The notes beneath the pieces are model-generated. The model ran no database searches. It was not told where the DNA came from and saw only the letters and a program-made list of their open reading frames with translations. The position numbers and the translations under genes were made by a program. Of a stretch of DNA of 41,426 bases, positions 17,316-28,158 are shown piece by piece. The stretch's first letter is position 1, and the number at the start of each line of letters is the position of its first letter. This DNA comes from a virus. Taxonomy: Duplodnaviria; Heunggongvirae; Uroviricota; Caudoviricetes. The stretch is from the IMG/VR virus record IMGVR_UViG_2711768022_000004. One strand, 5' to 3'.

Positions 17316-18818
17316 TCACAAAATGAAACGGATCTGCGCGGCCATGAAGCGGAACTGGTTAACCAGATCCGGTGTACACATCACATCCAGACGGTTACGG
17401 TCTTTTGTGTTGCGCTCCACGAGCAGATTCTTTTTAAAGGTGTCCAGATTTTCGACCAGTCCCAGATCCACCCATTCTTCCCCCAGCGAAATTAACTGAA
17501 GTTTCATGATCTCCGGTGTCACGATATTCTGACCGGCACGAACGGGCGTCCCGTCATCAGCCAGTTTATGGCGCGGAAAACGCTGCGTGATAAAGGTGCG
17601 CAGGGAATAACGCAGATATGACAGGGTGTAGATGGTTTCCACATCCAGATAGCTGGGATCGATTTCGCCGTATGCATTCTGACGGTACATCGTCACCTGA
17701 CGTTCAATCTGCACCACATCCGCGGCCGCGACGGTCACCGTGGACATGCCGGTATAAAGCAGGCTGTTTCGCTCTTCCCGCGTCAGACGATCCGGTGCTT
17801 CAGGTGCCATACGGGCAGGCAGCGCCAGTGTCTGTAATGGTCGGGCCGGATCCGTTGACAGGGAGGGCGCACAGACCGCACAAATGGAGGCAGCCCAGAC
17901 ATAATCCGGCTCTGGTGCTTTAGGAATAGAAGTGCAGGTAAACAGGAAGTCATTACGGGATTCACCAAAACTGGTTGCCGTACCGAAGGTGCCGGTATGC
18001 GCCATCCAGACCATACCGTCCGACATTTTTACCGGTCCCCAGCGTTTCAGCAGTTCATCCGCCAGAATTTTGAGATTTGCCGCATCCTTATAGGGCATGA
18101 CGATGTAGTTGTACTGACGATTCCCCATCCCTGAGACGCTACGGGTGATATCGGGGTTTGTTGCCTTCTGTGTTGGCGCGACGAGCTCCAGCGTAAGACC
18201 GGCCGGTGTAGTTTCACCGTCATAATAGTTCACCCGTAAATCATGAGCTGAGCATTCACCGATAAAGCGGGCGTTAACCCCCATGCTGCCTTTAAGTCCT
18301 TCAGCATTATCACCACTGACTTCAGCTGCGATAGCAGTGAATGGCGCATCAGTGTCAGCGTTAATGACCTTAGCCAGCTCTTCCACAAGCTCTTTACCTT
18401 TTTTCCCCTTACTGACGGGCAGGAGGTAACGGCGACCGCCGATGTAAACACTTAACACCCCGTCTGCCAATGCTGTTCCAATGATATTCATCACGCATGC
18501 CCTGGACTGACCTGTTCCAGCCCCCTGTGCAATGGCATATAACTCTGTGTCAGGGTTAATGGCGATAAATTCCTCTACCATCAGTGCAATCATGGAACCT
18601 CGCCCCCAGAGTTCTCTTGCTTGTGAAGCTCGGGTAATACGTACTGGTACATCAAGCTGACCGCGCCCCTGAATGGTAGTGTCTTTCATTGCAGCCTGAC
18701 CAAACAACAGTACCGCCTGACGCTGTGGTGGAGTGCCGGTCACGGCCATTGAATTATTGATTTCAATCTGTACCAGCGGAATGCGATTGTTATCGCCGAT
18801 ATAATCAAAGTTAATCAT
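17316..18818 (-). CDS. contractile tail sheath protein
   Basis: 500 aa; position ahead of tube gene. Confidence 0.75.
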   Translation of the reverse strand: MINFDYIGDNNRIPLVQIEINNSMAVTGTPPQRQAVLLFGQAAMKDTTIQGRGQLDVPVRITRASQARELWGRGSMIALMVEEFIAINPDTELYAIAQGAGTGQSRACVMNIIGTALADGVLSVYIGGRRYLLPVSKGKKGKELVEELAKVINADTDAPFTAIAAEVSGDNAEGLKGSMGVNARFIGECSAHDLRVNYYDGETTPAGLTLELVAPTQKATNPDITRSVSGMGNRQYNYIVMPYKDAANLKILADELLKRWGPVKMSDGMVWMAHTGTFGTATSFGESRNDFLFTCTSIPKAPEPDYVWAASICAVCAPSLSTDPARPLQTLALPARMAPEAPDRLTREERNSLLYTGMSTVTVAAADVVQIERQVTMYRQNAYGEIDPSYLDVETIYTLSYLRYSLRTFITQRFPRHKLADDGTPVRAGQNIVTPEIMKLQLISLGEEWVDLGLVENLDTFKKNLLVERNTKDRNRLDVMCTPDLVNQFRFMAAQIRFIL

Positions 18819-19096
18819 CAGGACGTCCCCTTATCTGATGCTGCGGTTTTTTCAGCCACCGCCGCAGTTTTTTCTGCTACCGCTCCCGCTGGTTTTGCCG
18901 CCGCGCCGGTATTAGCAGTTGTGGCAGCCGGGGCAGGCTCCGCCGTTTTATCCACCACAATGACGTCGCCATCATTAAGACGGCGGCACCAGAACGGAGT
19001 GAAGGGTTTCTCTTCCCCGTCCTGAGAGAGCGGAGTCATCGTGTCGGGATCGCGGATCAGGCATCCCGGCGCAGGTTTAATAAAAATGGTTGTCAT
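18818..19096 (-). CDS. hypothetical phage protein (Mu gp38-like), Ala-rich repetitive C-terminus
   Basis: 92 aa; AAKPAGAVAEKTAAVAEKTAAS repeats. Confidence 0.5.
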   Translation of the reverse strand: MTTIFIKPAPGCLIRDPDTMTPLSQDGEEKPFTPFWCRRLNDGDVIVVDKTAEPAPAATTANTGAAAKPAGAVAEKTAAVAEKTAASDKGTS

Positions 19097-19099
19097 CTG

Positions 19100-19663
19100 T
19101 TATTCCTCTGACAGTCCGGCGTTTTCACCGGCGGCAGTTGCACCAGGCAGACGGATGTGTGCCTTAAATTCCGGCGTGCCTTCCGGTTCGGTAAAGGTTT
19201 CGTAATGGCGCAGGAAATCATCCAGCGAGCTGATATCCGTCAGCGGGTCGATCATTTCCTCGCATGAGAAATACAGGGCGTACATCACGGCACCGCTGCC
19301 TGCCTGCGTTTCGGTGTAACCGTTGACCGCCTTTTCAAAGTAAAGCGGTGAGGTTTTTTCTGCTCTGAAGCCGTCCAGCACGGTAATCAGGCGGGCCACA
19401 ATCTGATAAAGCCCGGGACGGCTGACCTCACGGCCATTGAGCATGTCGCCGATGACGTAGAACACCCAGTGACTGACCAGACGCCCACGGGTACGCCCTT
19501 CACCGGCACCCAGCCAGGCAACATAGATAGCCGGGGCGTTAATCAGCATGGTGCGCAGTACGCTGTCGCTCCAGTCGCCGGGATGTGTGTCAACAGACAC
19601 CAGTTCATTCCCGAAATACTCACGGATACGGGCGATGTACGCCTGCTCGGTTTCCGTAATCAT
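19100..19663 (-). CDS. phage head-tail region protein (Mu gp37-like)
   Basis: 187 aa; synteny. Confidence 0.5.
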   Translation of the reverse strand: MITETEQAYIARIREYFGNELVSVDTHPGDWSDSVLRTMLINAPAIYVAWLGAGEGRTRGRLVSHWVFYVIGDMLNGREVSRPGLYQIVARLITVLDGFRAEKTSPLYFEKAVNGYTETQAGSGAVMYALYFSCEEMIDPLTDISSLDDFLRHYETFTEPEGTPEFKAHIRLPGATAAGENAGLSEE

Positions 19664-20079
19664 ATAAAGCCCTTCTGGTTGCGCCCGAACACCGCCGCAT
19701 CAGACTGCACCTGCGGTAAATCCCCGGATTCAGGGGCCGCACCGTCTGTATCCACGCCGACCGGCACGTTACCGTTCATGACATCTTTCAGCCAGGCCAG
19801 CGCCTCACGGTAACGGTCACGCGCCTGATCGGATGCCCGCTGATCGCACAGGTAATAAAAGGCAATCGTGCAGCAATGCTGAACAAGGACCGCCGGAACC
19901 ACCGCCAGCGGCAGCGTGTAACGGGAAGACAGATAGCTGTCGATAAGGGCAGACGCGTCCGTCAGTGCCCGGTTCAGCTTGCGCGTGTCCGGTTCATCCG
20001 AACGGGGCACGGCCAGTAATGGCCTGAGCAAATCCTCGCGGTAACGTGCCCGCATATCGGTTTCGGTGGCGTAATTCAT
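19660..20079 (-). CDS. phage protein (Mu gp36-like)
   Basis: 139 aa; synteny after major head gene. Confidence 0.5.
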   Translation of the reverse strand: MNYATETDMRARYREDLLRPLLAVPRSDEPDTRKLNRALTDASALIDSYLSSRYTLPLAVVPAVLVQHCCTIAFYYLCDQRASDQARDRYREALAWLKDVMNGNVPVGVDTDGAAPESGDLPQVQSDAAVFGRNQKGFI

Positions 20080-20435
20080 GCGCGCGCCTTTTTCGCCTGT
20101 CTGGCGTTATTGCCGGTCTTTTTCCGGGGAGCATCCTGTACGGTTTCGGCTTCGGCTAAATCTGCACCGGTCTCTGCATGAACCACACCCGCCACGGCTC
20201 CCGCATCATCACCAGGCGTCTGTAGTATTCGTACAGTGAGGCATGGCTCCGCTTCCAGTCGGGCAAGCTGCTCCGGGGTGACGTCAACCTGCTGGCGTCC
20301 CCGCATGAACAGGAACCCCGCACGACGAAAATGCGTACGACTGCAACGCACTTCTGCCAGTACCGTGACAGGACTGTCACCACTGACCTGAAGGCCTGAA
20401 TCATCTGTTGCTGCCACAGTGTGATGTTCATTCAT
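20076..20435 (-). CDS. hypothetical phage head-region protein
   Basis: 119 aa; basic C-terminus; synteny. Confidence 0.45.
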   Translation of the reverse strand: MNEHHTVAATDDSGLQVSGDSPVTVLAEVRCSRTHFRRAGFLFMRGRQQVDVTPEQLARLEAEPCLTVRILQTPGDDAGAVAGVVHAETGADLAEAETVQDAPRKKTGNNARQAKKARA

Positions 20436-20478
20436 ATTTGCCCTCCGCAGGGGCCGGGCCGTAAGCCCGGCTCACCGT

Positions 20479-21426
20479 TTACAGATAATCCGCGACAACC
20501 AGCTCCAGCTTGCCCTTCATCTCGTTAGAGACTGTGGCGTTACCGTCTGCGAACAGCTCGCGCTCCAGCAGCTGCACCGCCTGTTTTTCCAGCGAGGTGG
20601 GGACAACAATATGGGTGGGTTTGATGCCGAGTTTGCGGCCACCGTCAGCCTTAAAGTCACGCATGGCTGACCAGCCGTGCCACAGCGCATCCAGCGTCAG
20701 CGGTGACTGCATCATGTAGGCCATCTGCCAGAAGCCGTAGCCCACATTGCGACGGGCGGAAGCACCGAACACAAACTCGTTATCAGTAAACGCACGGCCT
20801 TCATCGACTTTTGTCTGGGCAACCAGTTCGGCTTTGCGGCGATCCTGATAAATCAGCGGTTTTACCGCGCGGGAGCAGTCAAGCAGATACCAGGCCGGGC
20901 CGCTGTAATCCGCCTGTGCACCGACAGAGCCGGTTTTTGCCACAAACATATTGCTGACCATCTGTGCATCACCGGAGCCATCCACTTTGGGGTAAACAGG
21001 GTGTTCGGTATCAAAGAAGTTCTGGCCGTCATAGCAGGCCGCATTCAGACCATCACGCAGTGCAGCAAAGACCAGTTCATCCGGTTGTGCCGCAGCGGCA
21101 CGACCCATTTCCTGGAATAACGGGGAGTAGATGCCGAGATTGTCGTCTTCAAAGTCATCGCGGCTAATGGCAACGGTGCCTTCAAAGGTTTTGTTCACGA
21201 TGGCGTAGCCATAGGCTTTCATCTTCTCGATGACGCGGGAGCCGATCCACTCACGGAACTGCGGGAACTGCCCCAGCCAGCCGTAGGTGTTGGATTTCGA
21301 GGTGGACGGCACGGTCATCGCAATTTTCTGGTACTGCGACGGAGCCATGGACATCCCGGCCTGAAAATCAGAACGGTAGCCCGTCATCAGGGCGGTGATC
21401 ATCGCCGGTGTAATCGGGGTAGGCAT
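20479..21426 (-). CDS. major capsid protein (Mu T-like)
   Basis: 315 aa; follows protease/scaffold gene. Confidence 0.75.
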   Translation of the reverse strand: MPTPITPAMITALMTGYRSDFQAGMSMAPSQYQKIAMTVPSTSKSNTYGWLGQFPQFREWIGSRVIEKMKAYGYAIVNKTFEGTVAISRDDFEDDNLGIYSPLFQEMGRAAAAQPDELVFAALRDGLNAACYDGQNFFDTEHPVYPKVDGSGDAQMVSNMFVAKTGSVGAQADYSGPAWYLLDCSRAVKPLIYQDRRKAELVAQTKVDEGRAFTDNEFVFGASARRNVGYGFWQMAYMMQSPLTLDALWHGWSAMRDFKADGGRKLGIKPTHIVVPTSLEKQAVQLLERELFADGNATVSNEMKGKLELVVADYL

Positions 21427-22559
21427 TATTGCATTTCCTCTTTCATTTTCAGGAACTCGGCTTCGGTTTTACCCAACAGACGTGCGGCGGCGATATCTTC
21501 AGCCGACAGCACAGCGGTGGCGGTCTTTTTATCCGGCACGGTTACGGTGTCGGTCTGAAGAGTGGTCAGAGCCGCAACCGGCTGGCGGGCGTCAAGCTGT
21601 GCAGAAAGTGCCGCGACGCCAATCTGTTGTCCGAGTCCTTCCATGTATCCGCGTTCGCTTTTGAAAATGCGTCCTTCGGACTCGGCCTTATCCAGCAACT
21701 GCTCCAGCGTGGTGCTGCCGTGTTGTGCCGACAGCGCGGCATATTCGGTACGCAGGGCGTTATACGTCTCAACGGGCACATATTTCGTCAGATCAATAGT
21801 GCCGCCAGTTGGTGTGCCTTTTGCGGTTTCCAGTTCTGCCGACAGGCTGGCAACCTGCGTTTTCAGGGTGTCGTGCGCATCCGCACGGGTTTTGATCCCG
21901 GTAAGGGCAGACAGCGCCGCCGTGCCCAGTTCCGGTGTAAATTCGTCACCGTCAGCCACGGTCAGACCGAGCGCCGTCAGCAACTGGCGTAATTGCTCAT
22001 TCATGGGGGATTGCTCCTGAGAAGGGGAAACGACATAGAGATCATCAGCACTGAGTGCCGCGACAGGGTTCATACCCGTAATACCCGGATCATTCGTCAG
22101 GGAAGCCATGCGCAACAGGTAGGGTTCCCCGGTGTCAGCGAAATAATGCATATATGCAGACAGATAGGCATATTCACGGTCATCAATATGTTTTTGTGCC
22201 TGTGGTGTCCATTCAGGTTTAATGAAAATCCCCTGACCCTCACGCCATTCGATGTTTTCCGGCTTAACCCATCCTGCAGCAATAGCCTTGAATCCGTTTT
22301 TCTGCGCATTCACGGAGTGATGGTCATAATCAATCAGTAACGGCTGATGCAGGGCGGAAAGCCCGGCTTTCATCCGGTTACAGGCGGATTCGTTAATCAG
22401 CCAGCCTTCAGTCGGTTTTTCCGGGCGACCGTCACGGGCCTTTACCCGACCGGCTGGCAGTAACTGACACCATCCGTCGCCGGATGCAGTCAGCGAAGCT
22501 GAAAGCACGGCTAAACCGGAGGGGCGATTTGCGTCTTTTGGGTGATTTTCTGTCTTCAT
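21426..22559 (-). CDS. head maturation protease/scaffold protein (Mu I-like)
   Basis: 377 aa; Ala/Leu-rich coiled-coil C-terminal half typical of scaffold domains. Confidence 0.65.
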   Translation of the reverse strand: MKTENHPKDANRPSGLAVLSASLTASGDGWCQLLPAGRVKARDGRPEKPTEGWLINESACNRMKAGLSALHQPLLIDYDHHSVNAQKNGFKAIAAGWVKPENIEWREGQGIFIKPEWTPQAQKHIDDREYAYLSAYMHYFADTGEPYLLRMASLTNDPGITGMNPVAALSADDLYVVSPSQEQSPMNEQLRQLLTALGLTVADGDEFTPELGTAALSALTGIKTRADAHDTLKTQVASLSAELETAKGTPTGGTIDLTKYVPVETYNALRTEYAALSAQHGSTTLEQLLDKAESEGRIFKSERGYMEGLGQQIGVAALSAQLDARQPVAALTTLQTDTVTVPDKKTATAVLSAEDIAAARLLGKTEAEFLKMKEEMQ

Positions 22560-22736
22560 ACCGGCAGCATAAGCCGGGTATTTTTGGGGCTGGTTTTGCG
22601 GGACTTCAGAAAGTGCTGACAGGGGGGGAATGAGAAAGGCGCTTCACGCAGATTTTAAAGCCCGTTAAATACAGGTTAGAAAATCACGACACGCGCCTGA
22701 AGGGGGTAAGGTAATACGTTTGCATACCTTAAACCA

Positions 22737-23210
22737 TTACGGCGTTTCTGTGGCCTTTTTAAAGCGTTTTCTGATTTCGTCCATGATCTCCTGTTCTGCC
22801 ACCTGATCAAAGCCCATATACGGACGTGCGCCAATGGCCGCCGGTCCCGGTGGCATACCAGGCAGGCCACCCCACTGATGAATGGCTGCATAAGGTTCAT
22901 TTGATCCAATCAGCGCCCAGGTATCGCCATAATCCGTGGTCAGGCGGCGGGCCAGATCGCCGTTCAGCGTCAGGATTTTGCCGGGCGTGTATCCCTTACG
23001 GGTACGCCACTCACGGTAAGGATCTGACCAGTCATGCCAGCGTTCACCATCCGGCTCTTTTTCCTGCTCAAACGCCATTTCTGACGATGACAGAAGACTC
23101 GCCGCCACACTGCGGGCCAGGTCTTTTCCGCCGCCCACAAACTGAAGCCGGGCAAACACTCGCTGGAGACGCGTAACGTCAACAACGACAGCTGCATCAA
23201 TGGATGACAT
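22737..23210 (-). CDS. virion morphogenesis protein (Mu G-like)
   Basis: 157 aa; between F-like and I-like genes. Confidence 0.6.
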   Translation of the reverse strand: MSSIDAAVVVDVTRLQRVFARLQFVGGGKDLARSVAASLLSSSEMAFEQEKEPDGERWHDWSDPYREWRTRKGYTPGKILTLNGDLARRLTTDYGDTWALIGSNEPYAAIHQWGGLPGMPPGPAAIGARPYMGFDQVAEQEIMDEIRKRFKKATETP

Positions 23211-23331
23211 ATTGCCTCCGCATAAAGGATGAATATAAAATAAACAGGCGGTCAGTGTACGCTTAACTGGTAAAGTCGGTGCCTGCCTCCGGGTGGATCA
23301 TGTATGCGGGTTCGACCCCCGCCACTGACCG

Positions 23332-24663
23332 TTAATCAATTTGTCCTTCCAGCACCTCAAGCATTCCGCCCCGGATATCCGATTTCAGCTTATCCATATT
23401 GATAACCCGGTAAGCATTCACAATCACATCCAGTTTGTCGGGCTGACGTTTCAGACTGTACGGTGCATTAACGGCAATCTGCACACTGCCATCCTGATTT
23501 TCCACGATATACATCAGATTGTTGTGCCGTTTGTCCCACAGTACCGCTTTTGGCCTTGCCAGCATTGCCGGTAAGCGCCCGAAGTCCTCCGGCGTCAGAG
23601 CGATGCCGTCATTCTGATGTTTCACACTGTCCGCATGGAGCACATTTTTACCGCTCATCGCCAGCAGGCGGGCCGGTGGCGTTCCCGTCCGGCTTTCCAC
23701 TGCCTGCGCAATGCTTTCAGTCATAAAGCCCAGCGTGCGGATATCGTTACCACCTCGCCGGGTCTGCATGATGTTTTTTGCCCAGATGCGGAACGCCAGC
23801 TGCCGCTCCGGGCTGTTGTTCATCTCCTGAACCACCATTTCCCGTAACGCCGGGCTTTTCACCTCGATCAGTTTGCGGATCAGCGCCTGGTCTGTGCCGA
23901 ACGCTGCCGAGCCGGGGTTATATGACCAGCCCACATCCGGTGTCATGGTTCTGGCGCCATCTGAATATGTGGTCACCGGCATTTCTCTGACTTCTCCGGT
24001 CTGTTTATCCACGCCAGCCTCAACATTGCGGGTGGAGAGATGATCCTCACCGGATGAAACGGATAACCCCATTGCATCCAGACGGGCCTGAGACAATGGC
24101 CGCACACGGCAGCGGCAGTTCCAGCCATTGGGCGGGTAGTGTGTTTTCCAGAACGGATCGTCATAGCGGAATACCAGACCGTTAAGGGCGGAATGCGACG
24201 GGCGGGTACGGCTGTCCATGACCGCCACATACTGCCAGAACGGATGCGTGTCCGTGTTGTTCATCATCTGCGTGTAACGCCCGGCATTGTAAGCCACACG
24301 GGTGTTCACGTTGTAAATCAGCGCCAGACGACGGGGACTGCCCTGCTGCACTTCTTCCGCGTTACCGTCGCTGTCCACCACAATCTGCTTTCCCCACCAT
24401 CCCAGCTTTTGCAGGCGTGGCGTCAGTGTGCGGATAAATTCTTTCTGTGAAATCCCCTCATCAATGGCCCGCTGCACTTCGGCCTGTAATGTGGTTACCA
24501 CATCCAGCCGTGCCGTTTTTGCTGCCGTGAATGAGCGGGCATGAACATCCGCGTCTGTTTCGAACCAGTTCCAGCTGATATGCGCCCCTTTGGCGCGGAA
24601 GTATGCCACCGTCTCTTTTGAGGGAAGCGTGGCGGCATAACCTAAATCAATCCCCTGAGCCAT
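23332..24663 (-). CDS. minor head protein (Mu F-like)
   Basis: 443 aa; immediately downstream of portal gene. Confidence 0.65.
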   Translation of the reverse strand: MAQGIDLGYAATLPSKETVAYFRAKGAHISWNWFETDADVHARSFTAAKTARLDVVTTLQAEVQRAIDEGISQKEFIRTLTPRLQKLGWWGKQIVVDSDGNAEEVQQGSPRRLALIYNVNTRVAYNAGRYTQMMNNTDTHPFWQYVAVMDSRTRPSHSALNGLVFRYDDPFWKTHYPPNGWNCRCRVRPLSQARLDAMGLSVSSGEDHLSTRNVEAGVDKQTGEVREMPVTTYSDGARTMTPDVGWSYNPGSAAFGTDQALIRKLIEVKSPALREMVVQEMNNSPERQLAFRIWAKNIMQTRRGGNDIRTLGFMTESIAQAVESRTGTPPARLLAMSGKNVLHADSVKHQNDGIALTPEDFGRLPAMLARPKAVLWDKRHNNLMYIVENQDGSVQIAVNAPYSLKRQPDKLDVIVNAYRVINMDKLKSDIRGGMLEVLEGQID

Positions 24664-26236
24664 CCAGCATCCCCTTCATTTCCGCAGCAAACATGGCATC
24701 ACTGAGCAGCGTCATCAGGCGGGAATCATCCATTTCACGGTAAAGGGCAGGCAGGTCTGCCAGTGCCTCCGCCAGCCCCCGCGTTCTGATGACATCAATG
24801 ACCGGCTCCAGCACCGGATCGATGGCCTCCTGTAAGCGGCGGGCAGGCACCGCGTCCCCCATGTCGTCCAGTTCATCACGCGGCGTGTTTTTCGCTTCCG
24901 GCAGTCGGGCTGAAAGCGCCGTCTGTTCTGTCTTTTCCTGTTTTTCCGGTAGCGTTTCCCTGTCAGGCATGGCCGGTTCATTACTGCTCTGACGGACACG
25001 GAATATGGCTTCACCGGGCGTGGGCTGTGGAATACCGGTCTGATCCCGTACCCAGGGATCAGGAATATCCATCCCCGCACTGAGTTGCATCACCGCACTG
25101 GCTATTTTGGTGATATCCCCCGGTTCTTTGGTCTGGAAACAGATACGCGGCAGGCGACGGATATCAATGGCGTGGGCGGTGTTCAGGGCATACAGCGGAT
25201 ACACCAGATCGCGGTTCAGGGTTGCAGCCAGCTGGCGTAAATCAGAATCCCTGATTTCCCGGCGCACCTCGTTATGCACCTCACCCAGCGAGCGCGCGCC
25301 TTTGTCTCCGGCTTCTGTGGTCAGCGTGCCGCCGAGTATTGCTTTGGAGATGGAACGCTCACCCCACGAAATCATGGTTTCAAACGGATCGGCCTGACCG
25401 TTCGCTGCCGCCTGAAACTCCAGCGACATCCCGGCCGGGATGATCCCGCCTGTACGTCGCCCGATATCCATCACCGCCCGCATCAGGGCACTTTTCTGCT
25501 CCGGTGTTGCCCCGGACGGGTATTTCCCGACCTTCATTGGCAGGCCGTACACCTCCAGAAATTCCGCCAGATCGCGCACGGAATAGTTTTTGAAAATGAA
25601 CGGCCAGATAAGCGTTCTGACAAGCCCCGTCGCACCACCGTAGCCGGTGCGTGAACGCGACTGATGCACTATCCAGCCAAAGGGCTGAAACGCCACCCCG
25701 GCATGGCTGCCGTCACGCAGCCGCAGTTCGCTCAAATCATCCGGGTTAAGGCAGAAATGCCCGCTGTCACGCCAGCGGATGGCGCGGATGATGTGCATTT
25801 TACCGAGCATCCCGTGCTCAATTTCCATGCAGGAATAGCCCTTCAGGATGGCATCCGTGGCGTCAAACAGCATGGCATCAAACCAGTCTGCGGAATGCAG
25901 ATATTCGTCGAGCATTTCCGCGTCCTTTTTCTCATTCGCGCTGGCGTTCGGTGGCGGCTCAATACTCCATGGCACCCCCTGAATGGCAAGACGTCGCTTG
26001 CCCAGCTCCGCAAAAAGGTGGGTGTCCTTTTCTTCAATATCAGCGGCCAGATCGGACTGGGCAATCAGATCGCCACGTTCAGCCCCGCGAAGGCACTGCG
26101 CCGCCCGGTTCGGGGTGATACCCGAAGCCGGATGTTCAATATAACGGCTGGCAATCTGCGGAATATCCAGCGCGGCACTCTGCATCTCCGGGTCAAAGGA
26201 GAAAGGTTTTCCGTCAGTATCAATGATGCGTCCCAC
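24647..26236 (-). CDS. portal protein (Mu gp29-like)
   Basis: 529 aa; follows terminase large subunit gene. Confidence 0.75.
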   Translation of the reverse strand: MGRIIDTDGKPFSFDPEMQSAALDIPQIASRYIEHPASGITPNRAAQCLRGAERGDLIAQSDLAADIEEKDTHLFAELGKRRLAIQGVPWSIEPPPNASANEKKDAEMLDEYLHSADWFDAMLFDATDAILKGYSCMEIEHGMLGKMHIIRAIRWRDSGHFCLNPDDLSELRLRDGSHAGVAFQPFGWIVHQSRSRTGYGGATGLVRTLIWPFIFKNYSVRDLAEFLEVYGLPMKVGKYPSGATPEQKSALMRAVMDIGRRTGGIIPAGMSLEFQAAANGQADPFETMISWGERSISKAILGGTLTTEAGDKGARSLGEVHNEVRREIRDSDLRQLAATLNRDLVYPLYALNTAHAIDIRRLPRICFQTKEPGDITKIASAVMQLSAGMDIPDPWVRDQTGIPQPTPGEAIFRVRQSSNEPAMPDRETLPEKQEKTEQTALSARLPEAKNTPRDELDDMGDAVPARRLQEAIDPVLEPVIDVIRTRGLAEALADLPALYREMDDSRLMTLLSDAMFAAEMKGMLDGSGD

Positions 26237-27903
26237 TACCAGCCCCCCCGATCAAATTCATGATATGCCTCATCGTCATCACGATAACCGCCCTCCATTG
26301 CCCGCGACCGCTCCTGTAGCGCCTGACAGGCTGATTCATCCAGGATGAAGCCCTCCATGTATGACGCCCGGTTTGCCATACAGAGCGCCACGGCAAAATC
26401 ACCATGGCGGCGGGCGTTCGCAGCCGTTGCGTTCTGGTCCTTCGTGCGCCCCTTGTCGATTTGCGGGATACCATTCACTACCTTCACATGGCGCAAATCA
26501 TCAAGCGTGGTCTGATGGCGGGCGACGAGGATATTCTGATCTTCAAACTCGGCTTTCAGTTTTGGCATCCACTCGCCGTACCACTTCGGCGACAACATCA
26601 CGCAGTCGATGATGTCCGGGCCAAAGGCCAGCAGTGCGGCCTCTGCCAGATAGCCGCCGTTACCGGTGGCGTCGAACGCCGCACCGACCAGCGCCGGAAC
26701 GCGGGTCAGGATGTACATCATCACCTGTTCCTGCTGGGCATACGGCAGGTTGCGCAGCTCCACGCGAAACACCTCGCGCTTTGCCAGGGATTCGGTGATT
26801 TCCAGCAGCACAAAGCAGGACAGGTCACCGGTGCGGGCAAAGTCTTCCCCGAAGCTGAAGCGGGAACGGGGATTTAATTTCTCTAAAAGCGGTTTTAAAT
26901 GTTCTTCACACCAGGTTAAAACTTCCGATTCACGCAGCCATGCGGCACGGCTGATGAAGTTGTCCGGGGCTTCAAACGTCAGAATCGGGATGTCGCGGAT
27001 CATCGCCATTTCAATAAGCGCGTGGGGGATATAGGCACCGCCGGATTTTTTCGGGATACAGCCGTATTCCTCGTCGGCATCCTCACGGGTCGGGGCGTTT
27101 TTGTAGAGATCATCACGCCATTTCTGCTCGCTTTCCGGTGACCATTCCTGATCGGTGACGTAACAGATACGACGGTACAGCCCGTCCGCAATGGCATCAT
27201 CCAGGGTTATGCGGTGGACGCTGTAATCCTTGCGCCCCTCGCGGGCTTCCTGAATGTACTGATTAAACAGATTATCGACGCCGTTATGCGTGGAGATAAT
27301 ACGCACGCGCGCGCCCCACATAGTGAGCGCCATTGCCGCCTTGAGAAGCTCATCCAGTGACTCGTGGAACGCGGCTTCATCAATCACCACATCCCCCTGA
27401 AGGCCGCGCAGGTTTGACGGACGGGAAGACAATGCCTGAATTTTGAATCCACTGTTCGGAAAGCGGATCATGTAGGTCAAAATTTCTTCTTTTTTATCCC
27501 GATCCCAGAATGTCTGCTCATACACATCAGCATCTGCCAGCTGGTTAAAGGCACGGGAGAACAGCGCGCAGGCAGAAATATATTCCAGCGCCATCTCCTG
27601 CTTTGATCCCACATAAAACACATTGCGGCCACCACGACGCTTCGGTTTTGCAGCAGTAATGACGTTACGCCCGGCTTCCGCCCAGGTAAGACCGGTGCGG
27701 CGGGATTTCTCCGCGATGCAGACCTGACTTTCATCTGCAAACCAGCGGGCCTGATAATCCAGAAACACCGGCATATCACCGGGCAAATCAAGGCTGTCCG
27801 GCACATCCACGCCCAGCAGGGCTTTTTCACCTGACAGATCAATTTTGCGGGGAGGCGTCATTTGCATCAGTGAAGGCGACGTTTCTCTGGCTTTGTTCAT
27901 CAT
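26236..27903 (-). CDS. terminase large subunit
   Basis: 555 aa; position between small-terminase-like gene and portal. Confidence 0.75.
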   Translation of the reverse strand: MMNKARETSPSLMQMTPPRKIDLSGEKALLGVDVPDSLDLPGDMPVFLDYQARWFADESQVCIAEKSRRTGLTWAEAGRNVITAAKPKRRGGRNVFYVGSKQEMALEYISACALFSRAFNQLADADVYEQTFWDRDKKEEILTYMIRFPNSGFKIQALSSRPSNLRGLQGDVVIDEAAFHESLDELLKAAMALTMWGARVRIISTHNGVDNLFNQYIQEAREGRKDYSVHRITLDDAIADGLYRRICYVTDQEWSPESEQKWRDDLYKNAPTREDADEEYGCIPKKSGGAYIPHALIEMAMIRDIPILTFEAPDNFISRAAWLRESEVLTWCEEHLKPLLEKLNPRSRFSFGEDFARTGDLSCFVLLEITESLAKREVFRVELRNLPYAQQEQVMMYILTRVPALVGAAFDATGNGGYLAEAALLAFGPDIIDCVMLSPKWYGEWMPKLKAEFEDQNILVARHQTTLDDLRHVKVVNGIPQIDKGRTKDQNATAANARRHGDFAVALCMANRASYMEGFILDESACQALQERSRAMEGGYRDDDEAYHEFDRGGW

Positions 27904-28148
27904 GCTTTACCTGTCAGAATGCTTTTGATTCGGGACTCAAGCTCTTCAGTCATCACGTCCACGCCGCTCAACTCATCAGTGGCAGCCTCTGCCAGCAGCG
28001 AATGCAGTTGTTCCAGGGATATTTCCCCGGCAATGCTGAGTTCAGTCAACTCACGACATACCTTTATGGTTTCAGGAGGTAACTGTGTTGCAAGACTGAA
28101 TGCTTTCTGATGGGCACTGCTCATCAGTGAGCGGTTATCTGTTGCCAT
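27900..28148 (-). CDS. small protein sharing its C-terminal 26 residues with the upstream gp27-like protein
   Basis: 82 aa ending TDELSGVDVMTEELESRIKSILTGKA, against ...TDELRGVDGMSEQIEFRIRQMLLGKA at the end of the 28159-28740 product. Confidence 0.5.
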   Translation of the reverse strand: MATDNRSLMSSAHQKAFSLATQLPPETIKVCRELTELSIAGEISLEQLHSLLAEAATDELSGVDVMTEELESRIKSILTGKA

Positions 28149-28158
28149 GATTCACCTC

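Noticed and set aside
22561-22585. Plus-strand terminator-like hairpin CCGGC-AGCATAA-GCCGG followed by GTATTTTT just upstream of the gene I start
   Set aside because: Orientation is wrong for terminating the minus-strand operon; could stop antisense transcription or be an mRNA 5' structure, but evidence is insufficient to call a feature.
23251-23330. tRNA-like structure in the F-G intergenic region: 7-bp acceptor-like pairing GTCAGTG/CACTGAC enclosing a T-arm-like hairpin GCGGG-TTCGACC-CCCGC
   Set aside because: No acceptable anticodon stem-loop or D-arm could be folded, length (80 nt) is atypical, and it lies inside a minus-strand operon; more likely a structured intergenic mRNA element or chance repeat. 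A tRNA-scanning or covariance-model search would settle it.
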